A DNA stretch of 12,787 nt from a virus (IMGVR_UViG_2693429748_000014), one strand, 5' to 3'; shown: positions 1-9,276, counted from the stretch's first letter. Translations and numbers: made by a program. The notes: a model not told the origin generated them from the sequence alone.

Positions 1-72
1 TAAGTGATACTGGTTGTCTGGAGATTCAGGGGGCCAGTCTACCACCCCTGATGTCAGGTAGGAAAACACCAT
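1..72 (-). CDS. 5'-partial ORF of unknown function downstream of D; begins MVFSYLTSGVVDWPPESPDNQYHL and runs off the window start
   Basis: ATG at 72-70 on the minus strand, preceded by an AAGGA-containing stretch; open to the window edge. No recognisable similarity to Ogr, which would follow D in P2. Confidence 0.2.
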   Translation of the reverse strand, partial: MVFSYLTSGVVDWPPESPDNQYHL

Positions 73-190
73 ATGTTTCTGCTCTGTTTTTCCTTAGAAA
101 TAGGCATCCTTGCTGGAACAAAGCGAGCAGCTATATTGACTCTATGTTGTGAGTGTGTTGATCCGTTCTGAGTTAATACATTTAAGTTGC

Positions 191-1300
191 TCACTCTGTT
201 TCTGCTATCCATTCCGGGATTTTTGCCTCAAGCTCAAGCTGCGTGGTAAAGCCGCTGTTATCAATGGTGTGCTCGGCTTTTGCAATAATCCAGTCCTGAT
301 TATCAATCTCGCTTTTAAATCCTGTTACCGTGCCATGCATTTCGGGGTAGAGTTCTGCACGTCCATGCGCCAGTGTGATGGAGAATGATGCGGCTCCGCG
401 TTGTAGCTGCTGCCACTTTGCCGCCGCTGCACGTCTTGCTGCCTGCTCGTTCTGATAAGTTTTGCGTAACACAAACACGTTGCCTTCCGCACCTTCCATA
501 TAGTCGCCTTCCCGGCTGCTGCTTTTCTCCTTTTTTGGTTTTGACGGTTTGCGGCGTTTCACGCTGACTTTTTTCTTTTTCCCGTAATTAAGATCAAGCC
601 AGTAAGCGCGTACCCCCGTATACGCTTCGCGGTCAGCAATGCGGAACTGATGGCGATCGCCGCTGCTGCGTGTGATGGCGAACGAGGGCAACGGCTGGCC
701 CTGTGCGTTCACGCCACCACCGGGCATGATGAATAACAGATTACCGCTTTTTACCGTGGTGATTGCGCCCAGCATTTCCGCCATGCGCGTAAGGAAGGAC
801 ATGTCGCTTTCTTCGGTCTGGTCGGCGTGGTCGATTTCGATATCCATCAGCATTTCGCTGATTTGCGGTTTCAGACCATACCGATGAGCGATGGCGGATA
901 CCACACGCTCAACGGTCACATCATGCCAGGACACCTCACGTTTAACGTTAAATTCAGCCCGAAAATCTGCGCTTCTGGCTGAAACAGTCAGCCTGTCCGG
1001 CGGTCCTTCGTGAGCGATTTCATCAACAATGTAAGTGCCTTTTTCTGTCAGCGGTTCTCCCTTCCAGCCAATGAGAACCGTCAGGCGCGCGCCCCGTGGC
1101 GGTAGCTGCAACTGACCATCCGCATCATCCAGCGTGATGGTGAGCTGGTCCGCCTCAAATCCCCGGTTGTCGGTCAGTGACAGGCTCATCAGGCGCTCTG
1201 CCACGCCTGACAGCGTTTTACCCTCCGCGAGAATATCAAAATCCGGCATTTTCACGGGGTCTGTGCCCTGACTGAGCAATTGCATGGTGGTGTCGGTCAT
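191..1300 (-). CDS. P2 gpD-like tail protein (late control gene D family)
   Basis: Translation recalls P2 gpD motifs (LSLTDNRGFEADQL, SARSADFR, SWHD, FLTR, GDRHQF, REGDYMEG, NSGFTT, lysine-rich KKKKVSVKRRKPSKPKKEK linker). Start placed at the internal ATG at 1300 (MTDTTMQLL) because of the GGGAGGGAG Shine-Dalgarno just upstream; the ORF-track start at 1432 is probably too long. Confidence 0.85.
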   Translation of the reverse strand: MTDTTMQLLSQGTDPVKMPDFDILAEGKTLSGVAERLMSLSLTDNRGFEADQLTITLDDADGQLQLPPRGARLTVLIGWKGEPLTEKGTYIVDEIAHEGPPDRLTVSARSADFRAEFNVKREVSWHDVTVERVVSAIAHRYGLKPQISEMLMDIEIDHADQTEESDMSFLTRMAEMLGAITTVKSGNLLFIMPGGGVNAQGQPLPSFAITRSSGDRHQFRIADREAYTGVRAYWLDLNYGKKKKVSVKRRKPSKPKKEKSSSREGDYMEGAEGNVFVLRKTYQNEQAARRAAAAKWQQLQRGAASFSITLAHGRAELYPEMHGTVTGFKSEIDNQDWIIAKAEHTIDNSGFTTQLELEAKIPEWIAETE

Positions 1301-1457
1301 CTGCTCCCTCCCTGTGTGGCATGGTCGCATGTGCGTGCGGAGGGGGTTACTGCTTTTTGTTGTCGCCGTGGCGGGAGAATGGCGCAGGGGTGAGATTACG
1401 CGCGTGGTGGGTGATGATTGTTGCCGAATCATTTAACGGATACAAGGGGTTGAAGCT

Positions 1458-2642
1458 ATGAGTGAAACTCGTTTTCATGGTGCCCGTGTTACGGAAAATA
1501 CCGACCTGGTAACAGCGATTAACGATGTTGATTCCAGCGTTATCGGTATCGTGGCAACGGCGGATGATGCGGACGCGGAGCTGTTCCCGCTGAACAAGCC
1601 CACACTGCTGCCCCGCGTCAATGACGTGCTGGGAAAATGCGGAACAACGGGGACGCTTTATCGTGCGCTTAAGGCCATCGCAGACCAGGTGAGCACAAAG
1701 GTGATCGTCGTTCGCGTGGCTGAACACAAAGAAGAAGACGGAAAAACGCAGGATCAACTGGTTATCGGTGGTTCTGAATCTGACGGCAGCTATACGGGGA
1801 TGTATGCGCTGCTTGTTGCAGAGCAGGATGAAAGCATCGGATACCGTCCGCGTATTCTGGCCGCGCCGGAGCTGGACACGGAGGCGGTGACAAAATCCCT
1901 GTGCGTGATTGCGGGTAAACTGCGCGCGTTTGTGTATGCCTCATGTCATGACTGTAACACGATGGCTGAGGCAATTACCTACCGCCAGAAATTCAACGAA
2001 CGTGAGGTGATGCTCTTATGGCCGGACTTCATCGCCTACAACCCGAAAAGTGGCAAAAACGAAACGTTCCCCGCGCCTGCCTATGCGTGCGGCCTTCGTG
2101 CGTACATTGACCATGAGCAGGGCTGGCACAAATCGCTGTCCAACGTTCCGGTTAAAAATGTGCTGGGGATGTCCAGGCATGTGTTCTGGTCGTTGCAGGC
2201 CGAAGACAGTGATGCCAACAGCCTCAACAACAAAGAAATCACGACCATTATTCGTCGCAACGGGTTCCGCTTCTGGGGCAACCGCACACCGGAAACGAAC
2301 GCCTACATCTTTGAGGTGTATACCCGAACCGCACAGGTGCTGGCTGATTCAATTGCGGAAGCGCAGTTTGAAACCATCGACAGTCCACTGACGCCTGCGA
2401 ACGTGAAGGATGTTATCGGTGCCATCAGGGCAAAACTGGATTCACTGGTTACTGCCGGGAAACTGATTGGGGCGTCGTGCTGGTATGACGTGGTGGATAA
2501 CGGCACCACGAATTTACGTCAGGGGCGCGTGCGTATTCGCTACAAATATACGCCTGTTCCCCCGCTGGAAGACATGGAGCTTTACCAGTCGTTTACTGAT
2601 GAATTCTTTGGTCCCGCATTTGCGGTGCTGGGAGGTGCCTGA
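1458..2642 (+). CDS. contractile tail sheath protein (P2 gpFI family)
   Basis: 394 aa; motifs LRAFVYAS, WPDF, DHEQGWHKSLSNV, RRNGFRFWGNRT, YTRTAQV and YKYTPVPPLE match tail sheath proteins as I recall them; AAGGGG RBS; stop overlaps next start (ATGA). Confidence 0.9.
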   Translation: MSETRFHGARVTENTDLVTAINDVDSSVIGIVATADDADAELFPLNKPTLLPRVNDVLGKCGTTGTLYRALKAIADQVSTKVIVVRVAEHKEEDGKTQDQLVIGGSESDGSYTGMYALLVAEQDESIGYRPRILAAPELDTEAVTKSLCVIAGKLRAFVYASCHDCNTMAEAITYRQKFNEREVMLLWPDFIAYNPKSGKNETFPAPAYACGLRAYIDHEQGWHKSLSNVPVKNVLGMSRHVFWSLQAEDSDANSLNNKEITTIIRRNGFRFWGNRTPETNAYIFEVYTRTAQVLADSIAEAQFETIDSPLTPANVKDVIGAIRAKLDSLVTAGKLIGASCWYDVVDNGTTNLRQGRVRIRYKYTPVPPLEDMELYQSFTDEFFGPAFAVLGGA

Positions 2643-3154
2643 TGGCTGTACCAAAACATCTTCGCTTTTTTACGCTGTTTGTGGATGGTGAAAACGAAGT
2701 GGGTAAGGTGACGTCCGTCACTCTGCCTAAGCTGACGCGCAAAACCGACAGCTACCGGGGTGGTGGCATGATGGGAGCGGTAAGTATTGATCTCGGCCTG
2801 GATGACTCCGCGCTTGATGCGAGCTTTGTCATGGGGGGCGCAGTTCGTGAGCTGTTCCTTAAGTATGGCGGCACGATTGACGGTACGCTGCTGCGTTTTG
2901 CGGGTGAATACTACACCGACGCTGAAAGCGACCTGTATGAAGTCGAAATGCGCGGACGTGTGACGGAAATTGATATGGGGGAAGCCAAACAGGGCGAAGC
3001 CACATCACACACTTACGCCATTAAAAACACCTACTACAAGCTGAGTGTTAACGATCGCCCGTTGTGGGAGATTGACCTGCTGAACTTCATTTACCGGAAG
3101 GACGGCAGGGACATTGTGCCCGATCGCATCCGTTCCGCGCTCGGGCTTGGCTGA
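2642..3154 (+). CDS. tail tube protein (P2 gpFII family)
   Basis: 170 aa immediately after the sheath gene; translationally coupled (ATGA overlap) with GGGAGG RBS; size and position typical of the FI-FII pair. Confidence 0.85.
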   Translation: MAVPKHLRFFTLFVDGENEVGKVTSVTLPKLTRKTDSYRGGGMMGAVSIDLGLDDSALDASFVMGGAVRELFLKYGGTIDGTLLRFAGEYYTDAESDLYEVEMRGRVTEIDMGEAKQGEATSHTYAIKNTYYKLSVNDRPLWEIDLLNFIYRKDGRDIVPDRIRSALGLG

Positions 3155-3208
3155 TAAGTAATATGCAGGCGGCGCAGTGCGTCGCCTCTGACTGAAAGGA
3201 GTTTCCTG

Positions 3209-3574
3209 ATGAAAGAGACGAAAAACATCGATACCGAAAACACGGTCGTTGCTGACACTGTGAAAGAAACCAGTGAGCGTGGCGTAAAACTTACCCAACC
3301 AATTGAGCGAGGCGGCGAAAAAATCACGTATGTGGAGATCACCGGGGCTATTGAGCAGGCTGGATCTCTGCGAGATTTGTCGCTGTCTGATGTGCTGAAT
3401 TTGAAAGCGGAATCCATGTTTACGCTGCTGTCACGCGTGACATCACCGCGACTGGATGAAGTGACGATCAAAAAAATGGCATCCCGTGACTTTATTCAGT
3501 TATGTGTGGTTGCCGTAAATTTTTTGAGCGGTGCGGACTCTGGCGAGAAGAACGAACAGGCGACGGAAGCCTGA
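3209..3574 (+). CDS. tail assembly chaperone (P2 gpE-like), zero-frame product
   Basis: 121-aa ORF between tube and tape measure genes; AGGAG RBS 8 nt upstream; contains the TTTTTTG slippery heptamer at 3520-3526. Confidence 0.75.
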   Translation: MKETKNIDTENTVVADTVKETSERGVKLTQPIERGGEKITYVEITGAIEQAGSLRDLSLSDVLNLKAESMFTLLSRVTSPRLDEVTIKKMASRDFIQLCVVAVNFLSGADSGEKNEQATEA

Positions 3575-3738
3575 TCACGGTTGTGTGCTTTGAGCACATA
3601 GAAGACTTTGTGGCGGATATTGCCGCCATTTTTAACTGGTCGCCCGCCGAAATCTTCATGATGACGCCCGGCGAAGTGGTTAGCTGGCGTGAGCGGGCGG
3701 CACTTCGCAGCGGGAATGCAGACAATGAAGACTCTTGA
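3209..3738 (+). CDS. gpE+E'-like frameshift fusion product (-1 slip at T TTT TTG, 3520-3526)
   Basis: Slippery heptamer lies in-frame as N-F-L. The -1 frame is open from there to the TGA at 3736-3738 (ORF-track protein 3502..3738) and overlaps the tape measure start, as in the P2 E/E' and lambda G/GT arrangement. Confidence 0.6.
3520..3526 (+). promoter_or_regulatory. programmed -1 ribosomal frameshift slippery site TTTTTTG
   Basis: Heptamer seen directly in the sequence with the correct zero-frame phasing (aaT TTT TTG); same heptamer is used in P2 E/E' by recollection. Confidence 0.6.
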
Positions 3739-6532
3739 TATCCGGGTCGCTTTCAGCGCCGTTGACAGGCTGACCCGGCCTGCCGAAAACGCCCGCCGCC
3801 TGATGGGGCAGTTTGGTGACTCCATCCAGCGAACGCAGGGGGCGATCAAAAATCTCGAGCGTCAGGCGCGTTCATTTGAGCGCGCCCGTGACGCTGTCAG
3901 TAAAGCGGATGCGGGCATCGTGAAAGCACGACGCCAGCTTAACGCCCTTAATCAGTTACAACGCACGGGTACAGTGCTCAGCGAAAAACAACAAAAGCTG
4001 ATGCAGCAGTTAAGCACCCGGCTTGAACGCCTGAATGAATCGCGCACACGGGAAATTCAGAAAATGCGGGAACTTGGCGGAGAGCTGAAACGCCACGGCA
4101 TTTCCCTGACAGGCAGCGATAACACCATCCAGCAGGCCATCAGACGCACCGGACAATACAACAACCAGCTTGAACGCGAACGGCGGGCGCTTGCGCGTGT
4201 AACGCAGGCGCGTGAGCGGTATTCACGCGCGCAGGAAACAGCGGGAAAACTGAAAACAGGTGGTGCGCTGGCAACAGGTGCGGCGGCAGCGGGCGGCTAT
4301 GCTGCCGGGCGTTTTTTGCAGCCCGCTATCGGGTTCGGGAAAGAGATGTCCCGTGTTCAGGCACTGACGCGAATCGATAAAAACAGCCCGCAGTTTAAGG
4401 CGCTGCGTGAGCAGGCGTTAAAACTTGGCTCTGAAACGCAGTTCACCGCAGGCGATGCCGCCAGTGGACAGGCATTTCTTGCAATGGCTGGTTTCACACC
4501 GCAGGCCATTCAGGCTGCGCTTCCCGGCGTGCTGAGCATGGCAACGGCTGGCGGTATGGACCTCGGCGAGACGGCGGATATTGGTTCCAATATCCTGACG
4601 CAGTTCGGCCTCTCTGCTGACCAGATGGACCGGGTCGGTGACACACTTACCGCAGCGTTTACCCGTACCAACACTGACCTTCGCGCACTGGGCGAAACCA
4701 TGAAATATGCAGGTCCGGTGGCGGGTAAGCTGGGAATATCGCTGGAGCAGGCCGCAGCGATGGCGGGCGTGCTGGCGAAGATGGGTATCAGGGGGAGTGA
4801 TGCAGGTACAGCGTTGCGTAAAAGCCTGGCCAATCTGTCATCACCGCCAAAGGCAGCGGCAGAAGCACTGAAAGAGCTGGGGGTGTCAGTTGCTGACGCC
4901 AAAGGCAAAATGCGCCCGATGGAGAATGTGCTGGCCGATCTCTATAAAGCCACCCGCAAATACGGGGAGGTTGACCGGGTATCGTTCTTTAAGGACATTG
5001 CCGGAGAAGAGGCTTTCACATCATTTATGGGCCTCGTTGATGCGGCAGGTGACGGCTTCTTAGCCAAACTGAGAAAAGAACTTGAAGGCGCGCGCGGTGA
5101 GGCAGAACGCACGGCAAAGGTTATGGCCAATAACCTTGATGGCAACCTGAAATCACTCGGCAGTGCATGGGAAGGTCTGCGTATTCGCATCAGTGATCTG
5201 GTTGACGGTCCGCTGCGTTCTGTCACGCAGTGGCTCACGCGGGTTGTCTCAAAGGTGACGGCGCTGGCGCAGGCCCACCCGGCACTGACGCGCCAGTTAC
5301 TGATAGCGGGAGGCGCACTGCTGGCGACAACAGCAACGGTTGGTTCGTTGTCTCTGGTTATTGGGGTGCTTCACGGGAAGCTGGCTACGTTGCGTCTCGG
5401 TTTTTCTCTCCTGACCGAATCAATGAATGTTGTCAGGGTTCTGCCTGCATTATGGGGAATGGTGACGGGTTCCGTTTCTTTACTTGGTGGCGCTATCGGG
5501 GCGCTGTTCAGTCCGGTTAGTCTTATCGTGGCTGCGCTTGCCGGAGCTGCCGTTCTTATCTGGAAATACTGGGATCCCATCAGGGCATTTTTTGCCGGGG
5601 TGTTCAGCGGGATTATGGAAAGGCTGACCCCGTTGCGCGAAACCTTTGAACGGTTTGGCCCTGTTTTTGATGTCGTGCGCGATGGGATTATTCAGGTCTT
5701 TAACTGGTTTAAATCGCTGCTGTCACCGATGGAGTCCAGCAAGGAAACGCTGGATAAATGTGCCAGTGCTGGCGAGATATTCGGTAACGTTCTTGGCGGT
5801 GCGTTACAACTTGTTCTGACACCTGCAAAAATGCTACTGGATACGCTGGCGTGGATACTTGAAAAACTTGGCGTCCTTCCGGATGAAGCGGAAAGGGCGC
5901 GCAAGAAAATCGAAGACGCACAGCGTGCGGCCATTCTTCAGGACAAGGTTGCCTTGCTTCAGGGGGACCTGGCGAAAATCAATCCGCCGAAGCCTGTGGA
6001 AAATGGCAATGGCACCGGAGGTGATAAACCCAAAGACAACAAACCGCTCACAGACAGCAATACCGGGACGCTACGCAGACTCAGCAAAATTGCTGATAAC
6101 ACAGGTAAGCTGGTTGATGAGACGAAAAAACGCATTGGCCCCGGCGATATTGTCTTTAAGAACCTGCCCCGCGCACTTGCTGTTCGTGGGGAGTGGCAGG
6201 AGCGGAAGATTGCGCAGGTCAGTAAGCCTGCCCCCGCAATTAATATCACACCCGTGGTCCCGGCTCCGCTGCCTCCGGCGCTGGTCCCTGTTGTTGCGGC
6301 CAGCTCCCGCCCGGTGGCGGAGGCCATACGCTCTCCAGTGGCATCAGTTCCTGTAACTTCCCGTAACCGGGAGCCTGTTGCCTCCGGATTTGGTGGTGAA
6401 ATTCATGTTCATCTGCATAACGTTGTTACGCAGAATCCCCGCGAACTGGCGAAACTGGTCGGTGAAATGGTCAGGGCAGAAATGGAACGGCGCGCCCGTG
6501 CCGGGCGTGGCAGTTTTTACGATAAAGATTGA
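3725..6532 (+). CDS. tail tape measure protein (P2 gpT-like)
   Basis: Very long ORF (GTG 3689 to TGA 6532) after the chaperone pair; coiled-coil-like N-terminal region, central hydrophobic Gly/Ala/Leu-rich block, Pro/Ala-rich C-terminus. Start uncertain: ATG 3725 (GGGA about 9 nt upstream) preferred, with ATG 3716 and GTG 3689 as alternatives. Confidence 0.8.
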   Translation: MKTLDIRVAFSAVDRLTRPAENARRLMGQFGDSIQRTQGAIKNLERQARSFERARDAVSKADAGIVKARRQLNALNQLQRTGTVLSEKQQKLMQQLSTRLERLNESRTREIQKMRELGGELKRHGISLTGSDNTIQQAIRRTGQYNNQLERERRALARVTQARERYSRAQETAGKLKTGGALATGAAAAGGYAAGRFLQPAIGFGKEMSRVQALTRIDKNSPQFKALREQALKLGSETQFTAGDAASGQAFLAMAGFTPQAIQAALPGVLSMATAGGMDLGETADIGSNILTQFGLSADQMDRVGDTLTAAFTRTNTDLRALGETMKYAGPVAGKLGISLEQAAAMAGVLAKMGIRGSDAGTALRKSLANLSSPPKAAAEALKELGVSVADAKGKMRPMENVLADLYKATRKYGEVDRVSFFKDIAGEEAFTSFMGLVDAAGDGFLAKLRKELEGARGEAERTAKVMANNLDGNLKSLGSAWEGLRIRISDLVDGPLRSVTQWLTRVVSKVTALAQAHPALTRQLLIAGGALLATTATVGSLSLVIGVLHGKLATLRLGFSLLTESMNVVRVLPALWGMVTGSVSLLGGAIGALFSPVSLIVAALAGAAVLIWKYWDPIRAFFAGVFSGIMERLTPLRETFERFGPVFDVVRDGIIQVFNWFKSLLSPMESSKETLDKCASAGEIFGNVLGGALQLVLTPAKMLLDTLAWILEKLGVLPDEAERARKKIEDAQRAAILQDKVALLQGDLAKINPPKPVENGNGTGGDKPKDNKPLTDSNTGTLRRLSKIADNTGKLVDETKKRIGPGDIVFKNLPRALAVRGEWQERKIAQVSKPAPAINITPVVPAPLPPALVPVVAASSRPVAEAIRSPVASVPVTSRNREPVASGFGGEIHVHLHNVVTQNPRELAKLVGEMVRAEMERRARAGRGSFYDKD

Positions 6533-6538
6533 GGAGTC

Positions 6539-7033
6539 ATGGCCATGATGATGATCTACGGCATGTTTGTTTTTGAGCTGCGTACATTGCCGCATCAGCA
6601 GTTACAGCAAAACAAAAGCTGGCGGCATGTGAAAAATGAACGCGTTAACCGTTCGGCAAGCTGGCAGTATATCGGTGCAGGTGATGAGCGCATCGTTCTT
6701 TCTGGTGTGCTTTATCCTGAAATTACAGGTGGCGAAGTGTCGCTGTCGCTGCTGACCACGCAGGCGTATACAGGACGACCCTGGCCTCTGATTGATGGCG
6801 TCGGGCAGATTTACGGCATGTATGTCCTGACCGAAACGAATACGACCCGCTCCGAGTTTGATCGCTACGGTAAGGCGAAAAAGATAGAATTTTCACTGAC
6901 TCTTGAACGCTGTGATGAGGATTTGCGGGAGCGCCTGCAATCCTCATCGTTCAGCGATATGCTGTCCGGCTTCAAAGATAAGGTAACATCATCCCTTAAC
7001 AGCGCGGCCAGTTCAGTTAAAGGGTTGTTCTGA
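6539..7033 (+). CDS. tail protein gpU-like (tail sheath-terminating / tail completion protein)
   Basis: 164-aa ORF directly after the tape measure gene with GGAG RBS; size and position match P2 gpU. Confidence 0.8.
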   Translation: MAMMMIYGMFVFELRTLPHQQLQQNKSWRHVKNERVNRSASWQYIGAGDERIVLSGVLYPEITGGEVSLSLLTTQAYTGRPWPLIDGVGQIYGMYVLTETNTTRSEFDRYGKAKKIEFSLTLERCDEDLRERLQSSSFSDMLSGFKDKVTSSLNSAASSVKGLF

Positions 7034-7044
7034 TTTAACACAAA

Positions 7045-7079
7045 AACCGCTAATGGTCAGATTAGCGGTTATTTTGTTT
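7045..7079. terminator. bidirectional intrinsic terminator between convergent U and invertase genes
   Basis: Perfect 10-bp inverted repeat AACCGCTAAT / ATTAGCGGTT with 6-nt loop, A-run upstream and ATTTTGTTT downstream. Confidence 0.6.
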
Positions 7080-7656
7080 CCTGACTCTTCTCTATTGTTC
7101 CGATTGATTCTCCTGCGGGGTGGTAACGATAAATCGTCGATATACCAATGCCGTAAATTATTGCCAGTTGTTTTCTGTCGTGCCCGTTTTTGATCAGCCT
7201 TGCTATTTGCTCATGCTGTTCTTTTGTCAGCTTCGGTCGACGTCCGCCTGTGCGCCCCCGTGCGCGTGCTGCCGCCAGTCCGGCCAGTGTACGTTCAACA
7301 ATTAATTCACGTTCCATTTCAGCCAGGGCACCCATCACGTGGAAGAAAAAACGCCCCATTGGAGAAGATGTATCTATGCTGTCGGTCAGACTGCGAAAAT
7401 TAATTCCTCGCTCCCGTAGTTCCCCGACGAGAGAAATCAGATGTTTCATGCTTCGCCCGAGGCGATCCAGTTTCCAGACAACCAGCGTGTCACCTTTTTG
7501 AAGGCGCTTTAAAGCGCGTTTTAATCCCGGTCGGTCTGTCTTTGTCCCGCTTAATTTATCTTCAAATATTTGTTCACATCCTGCACAAACAAGAGCGTTT
7601 CGTTGCAGGTCTGTATTCTGGTCATTTGTTGATACCCTTACATAGCCAATCAGCAC
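7069..7656 (-). CDS. serine site-specific DNA invertase (Gin/Pin/Cin/Hin family)
   Basis: N-terminus VLIGYVRVSTNDQNTDLQRNAL with catalytic-serine motif, WKLDRLGRS, GRFFFHVMGALAEMERELIVERT and a C-terminal helix-turn-helix, all hallmark invertase sequences. Start set at GTG 7656 (GGGAGA RBS) rather than the TTG at 7674 used by the ORF track. Confidence 0.9.
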   Translation of the reverse strand: MLIGYVRVSTNDQNTDLQRNALVCAGCEQIFEDKLSGTKTDRPGLKRALKRLQKGDTLVVWKLDRLGRSMKHLISLVGELRERGINFRSLTDSIDTSSPMGRFFFHVMGALAEMERELIVERTLAGLAAARARGRTGGRRPKLTKEQHEQIARLIKNGHDRKQLAIIYGIGISTIYRYHPAGESIGTIEKSQETK

Positions 7657-7710
7657 GCTGAATCTCCCGTCCAAAAGCGCAAATCATGCCATGCAGGCCG
7701 GAAACGGCCA

Positions 7711-7736
7711 TTATCTAAAACCTCGGTTTACAGGAA
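7711..7736. promoter_or_regulatory. 26-bp invertase crossover site (gix/cix/hix-like): TTATCTAAAACCTCGGTTTACAGGAA
   Basis: Imperfect palindrome with AAACC-N2-GGTTT core; matches the Mu gix sequence as I recall it at 25 of 26 positions. Lies between the invertase start and the fibre cassette. Confidence 0.7.
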
Positions 7737-7760
7737 ACGGTAAACAAGGCTGGTAACGCC

Positions 7761-8747
7761 GTGCAAAAAAATGGCGATACGTTGTCCGGTGGACTTACTT
7801 TTGAAAACGACTCAATCCTTGCCTGGATTCGAAATACTGACTGGGCAAAGATTGGGTTTAAAAATAATTCGGATGCAGACACCGATTCCTACATGTGGTT
7901 TGAAACAGGCAACAACGGCAATGAATATTTCAAATGGAGACACCGCATCATTGGCACCCGGCCTAAAGACCTGATGAATCTTAAATGGAATGCTTTGTCT
8001 GTTCTTGTTGAAGCCCTTTTCAGCAGTGAAGTGAAAATATCGACAGTCAATGCACTGAGGATATTTAATTCATCTTTTGGTGCCATTTTTCGTCGTTCTG
8101 AAGAATGCCTGCATATCATCCCTACACGAGAGAATGAAGGGGAAAATGGTAATATAGGGCCACTACGCCCCTTTACGCTTAATCTCAGAACTGGCCGGAT
8201 AAGCATGGGGCATGGTCTTGATGTTACAGGGGATATATTTGCAAACCGTTTTGCAATTAACAGTAGTACCGGCATGTGGATTCATATGCGTGACCAGAAT
8301 GTTATTTTGGGACGTAATGCGGTATCCACTGATGGTGCTCAGGCTTTGCTCCGTCAGGACCATGCCGACCGCAAATTTATGATTGGCGGTCTGGGAAATA
8401 AGCAATTTGGCATCTACATGATTAATAACTCAAGGACAGCCAATGGCACCGATGGTCAGGCGTACATGGATAATAACGGGAACTGGCTTTGCGGCTCGCA
8501 AGTTATTCCCGGCAACTATGGCAATTTTGATTCCAGATATGTGAAAGATGTTCGACTTGGTTCACAGCAATATTATGGAGTGAACAACTGGCAAACATGG
8601 AATTTTCAGTGCCCGTCAGGCTATGTACTGACGGGGATTAACGTACAGGATACCGGAAAAAACTCTGCCGATAATATTGCAGGCGTTCATTACAGGCCAG
8701 TGCAAAAGTATATAAATGGCACTTGGTATAATGTGGCGAGTATTTAA
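7761..8747 (+). CDS. tail fibre C-terminal variable cassette (Sv-like); reading frame is actually open from 7719
   Basis: Contains the [10 protein letters not shown] fibre motif and ends [11 protein letters not shown]. The GTG start at 7761 is probably not a real initiation site: the frame is open back into the right half of the crossover site, as expected for a cassette fused to a constant N-terminal part by inversion. Confidence 0.75.
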   Translation: MQKNGDTLSGGLTFENDSILAWIRNTDWAKIGFKNNSDADTDSYMWFETGNNGNEYFKWRHRIIGTRPKDLMNLKWNALSVLVEALFSSEVKISTVNALRIFNSSFGAIFRRSEECLHIIPTRENEGENGNIGPLRPFTLNLRTGRISMGHGLDVTGDIFANRFAINSSTGMWIHMRDQNVILGRNAVSTDGAQALLRQDHADRKFMIGGLGNKQFGIYMINNSRTANGTDGQAYMDNNGNWLCGSQVIPGNYGNFDSRYVKDVRLGSQQYYGVNNWQTWNFQCPSGYVLTGINVQDTGKNSADNIAGVHYRPVQKYINGTWYNVASI

Positions 8748-8748
8748 T

Positions 8749-9276
8749 ATGATGCACTTAAAGAACATAAAAGCAGGTAATGCTAAAACAGTGGAGCAGT
8801 ATGAGTTAACAAAGAAGCACGGAGTCATCTGGCTTTACTCTGAGGACGGAAAAAACTGGTATGAGGAAGTGAAGAACTTTCAGCCAGACACAATAAAGAT
8901 TGTTTACGATGCAAATAATATTATTGTCGCCATCACCAAAGATGCCTCCACGCTTAACCCTGAAGGTTATAGCGTCGTTGAGGTTCCTGATATTACAGCT
9001 AATCGTCGTGCTGATGATTCCGGTAAGTGGATGTTTAAGGACGGAGCTGTGGTTAAACGGATTTATACGGCTGACGAACAGCAACAACAGGCCGAATCAC
9101 AAAAGGCCGCATTGCTTTCCGAAGCTGAATCAGTCATCCAGCCGCTGGAACGCGCTGTCAGGCTGAATATGGCGACGGACGAGGAACGCACACGACTGGA
9201 AGCATGGGAACGCTACAGTGTTCTGGTCAGCCGTGTGGATACGGCAAAGCCAGAATGGCCACAAAAGCCTGAGTAA
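8749..9276 (+). CDS. tail fibre assembly chaperone (Tfa / Mu U / P2 G family)
   Basis: Starts [10 protein letters not shown] one nucleotide after the cassette stop; paralogous to the convergent ORF 9305..9838; conserved [19 protein letters not shown] and KWMFKDG motifs. The longer ORF-track start at 8716 overlaps the fibre gene and is less likely. Confidence 0.8.
   Translation: MMHLKNIKAGNAKTVEQYELTKKHGVIWLYSEDGKNWYEEVKNFQPDTIKIVYDANNIIVAITKDASTLNPEGYSVVEVPDITANRRADDSGKWMFKDGAVVKRIYTADEQQQQAESQKAALLSEAESVIQPLERAVRLNMATDEERTRLEAWERYSVLVSRVDTAKPEWPQKPE

Larger units (their letters stand above)
7466..9114 (+). repeat. direct repeat, copy A (invertase 5' part, crossover site, fibre cassette, tfa); period 3673 bp
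   Basis: Aligned by eye to 11139..12787: about 9 substitutions in the first ~110 bp, none seen from 7578 onward; overlapping ORF translations in several frames are identical. Confidence 0.85.

Noticed and set aside
1301-1457. Possible Ogr/Delta-type late promoter (TGT-N12-ACA dyad) upstream of the sheath gene
   Set aside because: I could not find a clean TGT-N12-ACA element at the expected position in this intergenic region, so no late promoter is asserted.
1347-1757. 136-aa minus-strand ORF spanning the D/FI intergenic region and the 5' end of the sheath gene
   Set aside because: It lies antisense to the well-supported sheath gene and overlaps the D upstream region, with no recognisable motifs; most likely a frame artefact.
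4510-6356. Several 70-165-aa ORFs on both strands inside the tape measure gene
   Set aside because: All are embedded in or antisense to one long, well-supported ORF; their Ala/Ser/Pro/Arg-rich translations are typical of shadow frames in GC-rich coding DNA.
7120-7501. Plus-strand ORFs of 61-103 aa overlapping the invertase gene
   Set aside because: Antisense to a highly conserved invertase coding sequence; Arg/Ser/Pro-rich artefacts.
7761-7763. GTG at 7761 as a genuine start of the fibre cassette
   Set aside because: No convincing RBS, and the frame is open upstream into the crossover site; the ORF is better explained as a fusion cassette than as an independently initiated gene.
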